Source: Gracilinanus agilis
Taxonomy: Eukaryota
Direction: 5' to 3'
Length of the DNA stretch: 64,000 nucleotides
Assembly (NCBI RefSeq): GCF_016433145.1
Contig: NC_058131.1
Span: 700,224,319-700,288,318 of the forward strand
Made by a program: the position numbers and the translations under genes. Within the stretch, counting starts at the first letter, position 1. Every line of letters starts with the position of its first letter. The notes below the pieces were generated by a model. That model was not told the origin of the DNA, did no database searches, and saw only the letters and a list, made by a program, of their open reading frames with translations. This document shows positions 62,711-64,000 of the stretch, in pieces.

Positions 62711-64000
62711 AAACATATTTACTGAATACCTATTATACACCCCACGTAATGGGACGTACAAAGGCTAAGATATATAAGGAGTTACTGATCCGACTGGGGA
62801 GACTCGATTTAACACAGCAAACAATGAAAATAATGGAGGATCATATAGAATTAAGTGCTGATTAGTGGACACACAATTCTTGAAGGCCAGTGACAGCTAT
62901 TTTCTGACAAGCGTGCCATCTCCAGCAACCACATCATCTCCCTTCAGTAACTGCTACAGGGGCAGGAGGACTCCCTCGTGAGCTGAAGAAGGTTGTTGTA
63001 TTTCCAAACCGCCACCAGATGGGAGCATTTTAAAATTTTCCTCTCTGCGCTTGAGCTGATGCCACTTTAGCCCATGCTCTTAGCCCCTGGTAGGGTGTTG
63101 AATCCAGAGCCATTACTACATGAGAGTCCAGGGGAAGAAATGGCTCCTTACCTTTTCCCCTTGAAATCTGACCCAGCTGCCTGTCATAGAATCTGTCCAT
63201 TGCCAAGCTGTGGGGGCAGATTCCATTAGGAAAAAAAGACCAACCATTTATTGAATGCTGATTCCATCAGAGACGTGGAGGGAGCCTTACAGGCCACTGA
63301 GTCCAAGCCCTGCAGTTTACAGATGAGGTAGACGAGGTACAGAGGGCAAGTCATACAAGGAGTAAGTGCAGAGAGCTGGGATTTGAAGTAGGGTGAAAGT
63401 CATTGAGGATCATTATTGGATCCAGAAAGTGCCATCCAAAAGGGATAAGGACCAAGAGTCTGGCAAACCAGGGTGGGAAGGGGAGGTCCAGGCAGCCACG
63501 GGACCAAAGCTAGGAAGACTAAGAGAGAGAAATCAGGAAATCAGCCTAGGCTACAGGGGCACAAAGGATCAGGGGCTTAAGCCAAAGTTCTGGGCAGCCA
63601 GGGGTCAGGAGTCCAGCCTAGAAGTTCTTGGGTGCTATGAGCCAGGACCTAGGCAACAAGAATGTGCCCTCACGTACCTCCGTACAGTGATTCAACAAGC
63701 AATTATTGAGTGCTAGGCACTAGGGATGCAAGAAGAGAGCTAGAGAGGGAGCAGCTTCACTGGTACTCCATCCTTAAAAGGCCAGATTAGTGGTCTCAGA
63801 GGGTGAGTGGCCTGAACTCTCAGGGAGGAGGAGGGAGGAAGGACTCAGTCGGGAGAGTAGTGAAGGATGAGGATCTGGATCACTTCTGAGGGCTTGTAAG
63901 GACTGGTTGAAATGTTGACACATTTTGGCCCAGGCGTCTTAGAAGGAGATTTTTCTAGGGCTGGGAAGCAGAATGTAAAGGGATTCCTTAGTTAACCTTC

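Noticed and set aside
53778-64000. Search for the next PBLD exon (ELDEDMHQKIAREMNLSETAF-like)
   Set aside because: Not found by eye; it probably lies beyond the window, so absence is not evidence of pseudogenisation.

Overview
Eukaryotic (mammalian) genomic DNA, almost certainly a marsupial and probably a didelphid opossum, judged from abundant SINE1_Mdo/MAR1-type SINEs and marsupial-type L1 3' ends. The window holds the conserved RUFY2-HNRNPH3-PBLD gene block. RUFY2 (+) has 16 coding exons from 861 to the stop at 29609; its first exons lie upstream of the window. HNRNPH3 (-) runs from a CpG-island exon 1 near 43.6-43.8 kb to a stop at 33872, with the ATG, exon 3 and half of exon 4 hidden in N gaps. 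The first coding exon of PBLD (+) is at 53694. The standout is an intact, intronless TRMT2B-like ORF (-, 51231-52640) between HNRNPH3 and the PBLD coding exon. It has its own promoter-like motif cluster, a mitochondrial-type N-terminus and retained catalytic Cys/Glu, but altered SAM-binding motifs: a candidate out-of-X retrogene with changed function. Other notable items are a FYVE-less alternative last exon of RUFY2, two candidate poison exons in HNRNPH3, patches of strongly GC-shifted old L1 sequence with matching GC3 mosaicism, nested hAT MITEs, and N gaps that all coincide with exons. Orthologue comparisons are from recalled protein sequences, not searches. No tRNA, rRNA, snoRNA or CRISPR features could be supported.
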